Source: the human T2T-CHM13v2.0 reference genome, Homo sapiens
Length of the DNA stretch: 64,000 nt
Reading direction: 5' to 3' (one strand)
Assembly (NCBI RefSeq): GCF_009914755.1
Contig: NC_060927.1
Under the pieces are notes generated by a model. It saw only the letters and a list, made by a program, of their open reading frames with translations. It did not search any database and had not been told where the DNA came from. Positions 59,898 through 64,000 of this stretch are shown here, one piece after another. The translations under genes were made by a program, and so were the position numbers. How positions within the stretch are numbered: position 1 is the stretch's first letter; every line of letters starts with the position of its first letter.

Positions 59898-62148
59898 TGA
59901 TATGGTTTGGCTGTGTCCCTACCCAAATCTCATCTTGAATTGTAGTTCCCATAATCCCCACATGTCATGGGAGGGACCTGGTGGGACGTAATTGAATCAT
60001 GGGGGTTGTTACCTTCATGTTTTTCTTGTGATCATGAATTCTCATGAGATCTGATGATTGTGTAAGGGCTTTTCCCCCTTTTGCTCAGCACTTCTCCTTC
60101 CTGCCATCATAAGAAGAAGGATGCATTTGCCTCACTTTCTGCGGTAAGTGTAAATTTCCTGAGGCTTCCCCAGCCATGTGGAACTGTGAGTCAATTAGAC
60201 ATCTTTGCTTTATAGATTACCCAGTCTCAGGCAGTCCTTTATAGCAATGTGAGAATAAACTAATATAGTAAATTGGTACTGGAAGTGGGGCACTGTGATA
60301 AAGATAACAGAAAATGCAGAGGTAACTTTGGAACTGGGCAACAGGCAGAGGCTGGAACAGTTCGCGGGGCTCAAAAGAAGACAGAATGATATGTGCAAGT
60401 TTGGAACTTCCTAGAGACTTGTTGAATGGCTTTGAGCAAAATGCTAATAGTGATATGGACAATGAAGTCCAAGCTGAGGTGGTCTCAGGCAGAAATGAGG
60501 AACTTCTTGGGAACTGGAGCAAAGGTGGTTGTTTTTGTGCTTTAGCAAAGAGACCGGCAGCATGTTGCCCCTGCCCTAGAGATTGTGAAACTTTGTACTT
60601 GAGAGAGATGATTTACGGTATCTTGCAGAAGAAATTTCTAAGCATCAAAGCATTCAAGAGGAAGCAGAACATAAAGGATTGGAAAATTTGCAGCCTGACA
60701 ATGCAATAGAAAAGAAAACCCCATTTTCTGGGGAGAACTTTAAGCCTGATGCAGAAATTTGCATAAGTAATGATGAGCTGAATATTAATCAGTAAGACAA
60801 TGGGGAAAATGTCCCCAGGGCATGTGAGAGAACTTCACAGCAGCCCCTCTCATCACAGGCCCAGAGGCCTAGGAGGAAAAAATGGTTTCTTCAGCAGGTC
60901 CAGGGCCCCCCTGCTGTGTGCAGCCTCTGGATTGCTTTCCTGCCACTCCAGCCAAGTAAAGGGGCTCAGAATGTTACTTCAGAGGTGCAAGCCTCCAGCC
61001 TTGGCAGCTTCCACATGGTGTTGGTCCTGCATGTGTGCAGAAGACAAGAATTAAGGTTTGGGAATCTCTGCCTAGATTTCAGAGAATGTATGGAAACACC
61101 TGGATGTCGAGGCAGAAGTCTATTGCAGAGGCAGAGCTCTCATGGAGAACTTCTGCTAGGGCGGGGGGAAGGGAAATGGGGTCAGGGCCCCCTCACAGAG
61201 TCCCCACTGGGGCACTGCCTGGTGGATCCATGAGAAGAGGGCAACCTTTCTCTAGGCCCCATAATGGTAGATCCACCAACAGCTTGTATTGTGCACCTGG
61301 AAAACCCAAAGACACTCAATGCCAGCCTGCAAAAGCAGCTAAGAGGGGAGCTGTAACCTGAAATGTCACAGGGGTGGAGCTACCCAAGGCCACGTAAGCT
61401 CACCTCTTGCATCAGCGTGCCCTGGATGTGAGACATGGAGTCAAAGGAAATCATTCTGGAACTTTAAGGTTTAATGACTGCCCTCTTGAATTTCAGAGTT
61501 GCATGGGACCTGTAGCCCTCGTGTTTTGGCCAGTATCTCCCCTTTTGAACAGGTATATTCACCCAATGCCTGTACTCCCATTGCATCTAGGAAGTAACTA
61601 ACTTGCTTTTGATTTTTCATGAGCATAGGTGGAAGAGACTTGCCTTGTCAGAGATGAGACTTTGGACTTGAGTATTTGAGTTAATGATTAAATGAATTAA
61701 GACTTTGAGGGAGTGTTGGAAAGGCTTAATTGTGTTTTGACATGTGAGGACATGAGATATGAGAGGGGCCTGGGGCATAATGATATGGTTTGTCTGTGTT
61801 CACACCCAAATCTCATCTTGAATTGTAGTTCCCATAATCCCCACGTGTCATGGCAGGGATCCAGTGGGACATAATTGAATCATTGGGGTGGTTACCCCCA
61901 TGCCGTTCTCATAATAGTGAGTTCTCTTGAGGTCTGGTGGTTTTATAAGTGTTTCTTTCCCCTTTTGCTCAGCACTTCTCCTTCCTGCCATCTTGTGAAG
62001 AAAGATGTGTTCGCTTTCACTTCTGCCATGATTGTGAATTTCCTGAGGCCTCCCCAGCCATGCAGAACTGTGAGTCAATTAAACCTCTTTCCTTTAAATA
62101 TCCACTCATGGGCAGTCCTATATAGCAGCATGAGAATGAACTAATACA
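59898..62148 (+). mobile_element. Complete THE1C-like element (5'LTR 59898-60267, internal, 3'LTR 61781-62148)
   Basis: Paired LTRs; internal ORF remnant MDNEVQAEVVSGRNEELLGNWSKG. Confidence 0.94.
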
Positions 62149-62536
62149 CGGTTTCAGTCTTTTTTCTAAGATTACACGACCACAAACAACTTCTCACATT
62201 GCATCTTTGTTAATATTCCCTGAAACTACTCTATTTGAAACCCAATTAGGAAATTACTGTAGCAAAATTTTCAATAATTTGTGAAATAATAATTAGGTGC
62301 TTAATTCTTTACAGTATTGGATTTCAAACTTTTCAAGTATGAGGGTTTTAAAAATAAAAAATAATTTTATGCCCCCCCCATAAAATAGTAGTTGGACTGG
62401 ATGTGTGATTAAAAGTATTCATAGCTGAACTGAAATTCCTAAGTTTACATATTCCCAATTTACTACTTAGATGTGTTAACACTGTGCAACGAAGTTATTT
62501 AACTTCTCTTTACTTCACTTTCTCAACTGCAAATTA

Positions 62537-62981
<445 letters not shown>

Positions 62982-64000
62982 CTATGTATAATATCCACAA
63001 GTTAAAAATTAAGCAACTTATAAAATGAATATTTGATTAACATCAACCCACATATTTGGAATATAATAGCGCCTACTTGTGCAAGATATTTATTTAGTCT
63101 GCCTTCAGTACATGGTGTCTACATGAATTTACAATTCTTTGTAACACTCTGGGGAGTAACTCAGCCATTTGAGAGTGACTGAAGGTTTTTGAAAAGAGAA
63201 ATGACAGAAAGAAAGGTATATTTAACACAATAAATTTTCTGGGAAGAATGTAGAGAAGATTCAGTCAATGAGAGAGAGGTGGCAATGAGATCAGTGGAAA
63301 AACTCTCATATTCCCCAAGGGCTGTGTGCATGTAAGCATTATTTCACTAAAACATCAATAAATGGCTTCAAGGCAAGAATTTTATCATATGCTTTAAAAA
63401 TGGTCAACTCTTTTCAGCATAAATGAAATAAATCAAGTCCAAAAAAGGTCTAAAAGGAAGCACAGAAAGAGAGGTAAAAGAGAAAGTTAGGAGATATCTT
63501 ATTTCTAATATATAAAGCTGATGCTGATGCCATTCTTCACCAGCACTGCTCAATATTGTGGCCTTGAGTGGCCCATATCCAGGCCAATAAAGGAAACTTT
63601 GATATGAAATGAAAGATGAAGAAAGATGTATCAACTATAAGTCCCTGCCTTAAAAGAGCTATTATGGGTTCCTAACAGATTGCTTACCTAACCTGTAATC
63701 CAAGTCATTGGGATAACATTTATATTCAAACAGCATTTGAAGTGCAGAATATATGGACCATACCTGAATTTAGTATTTTTTCAACATGTTTCTAAAGCAG
63801 ATGATTTGGTGCAATGCCAGCTTACATGTGGGGATAAAGAAAAGTCTATGGATTGAACCTGTATGCATTTTTGCTGAAATATGGATTAAAATCAGAAAAT
63901 AGGTTAAAATTCAGGGGAAATCAGGTTAAATGAAATTTAGATAAATTATATCAAAAATGTAACAATTTCTCAGAGAGATAACATAATGCTTATTGCAGTA

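Overview
AT-rich, CpG-poor primate (human-like) genomic DNA, intergenic or deep intronic. I found no supportable protein-coding exon; the ORF track is explained by microsatellites and Alu, L1, Tigger1 and MaLR remnants. Much of the window is transposon-derived: about 11 Alu/FLAM copies, several L1 pieces, a near full-length Tigger1 with a MER11 solo LTR in its terminus, two complete THE1 proviruses, many MLT LTRs, and MER2, L2 and MIR fragments. The main findings are unusual insertion structures. (1) 19351-20671 is a single TSD-bounded composite retrocopy: a divergent U3 snoRNA 3' domain with a hairpin skipped, fused to an L1PA2 3' end that carries two successive 3' transductions, the last ending at an LTR8 poly(A) signal. 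(2) 24267-25056 is a full-length AluY whose perfect 16-bp TSD also encloses about 440 bp of extra downstream DNA, an apparent Alu 3' transduction. (3) 48561-48795 is an inverted local copy of the neighbouring THE1A int/3'-LTR junction. Also present are a twin-primed inverted L1, a tight head-to-head AluY pair and a candidate developmental enhancer near 56 kb. Subfamily calls are by eye against remembered consensus sequences, and boundaries of old repeats are approximate.
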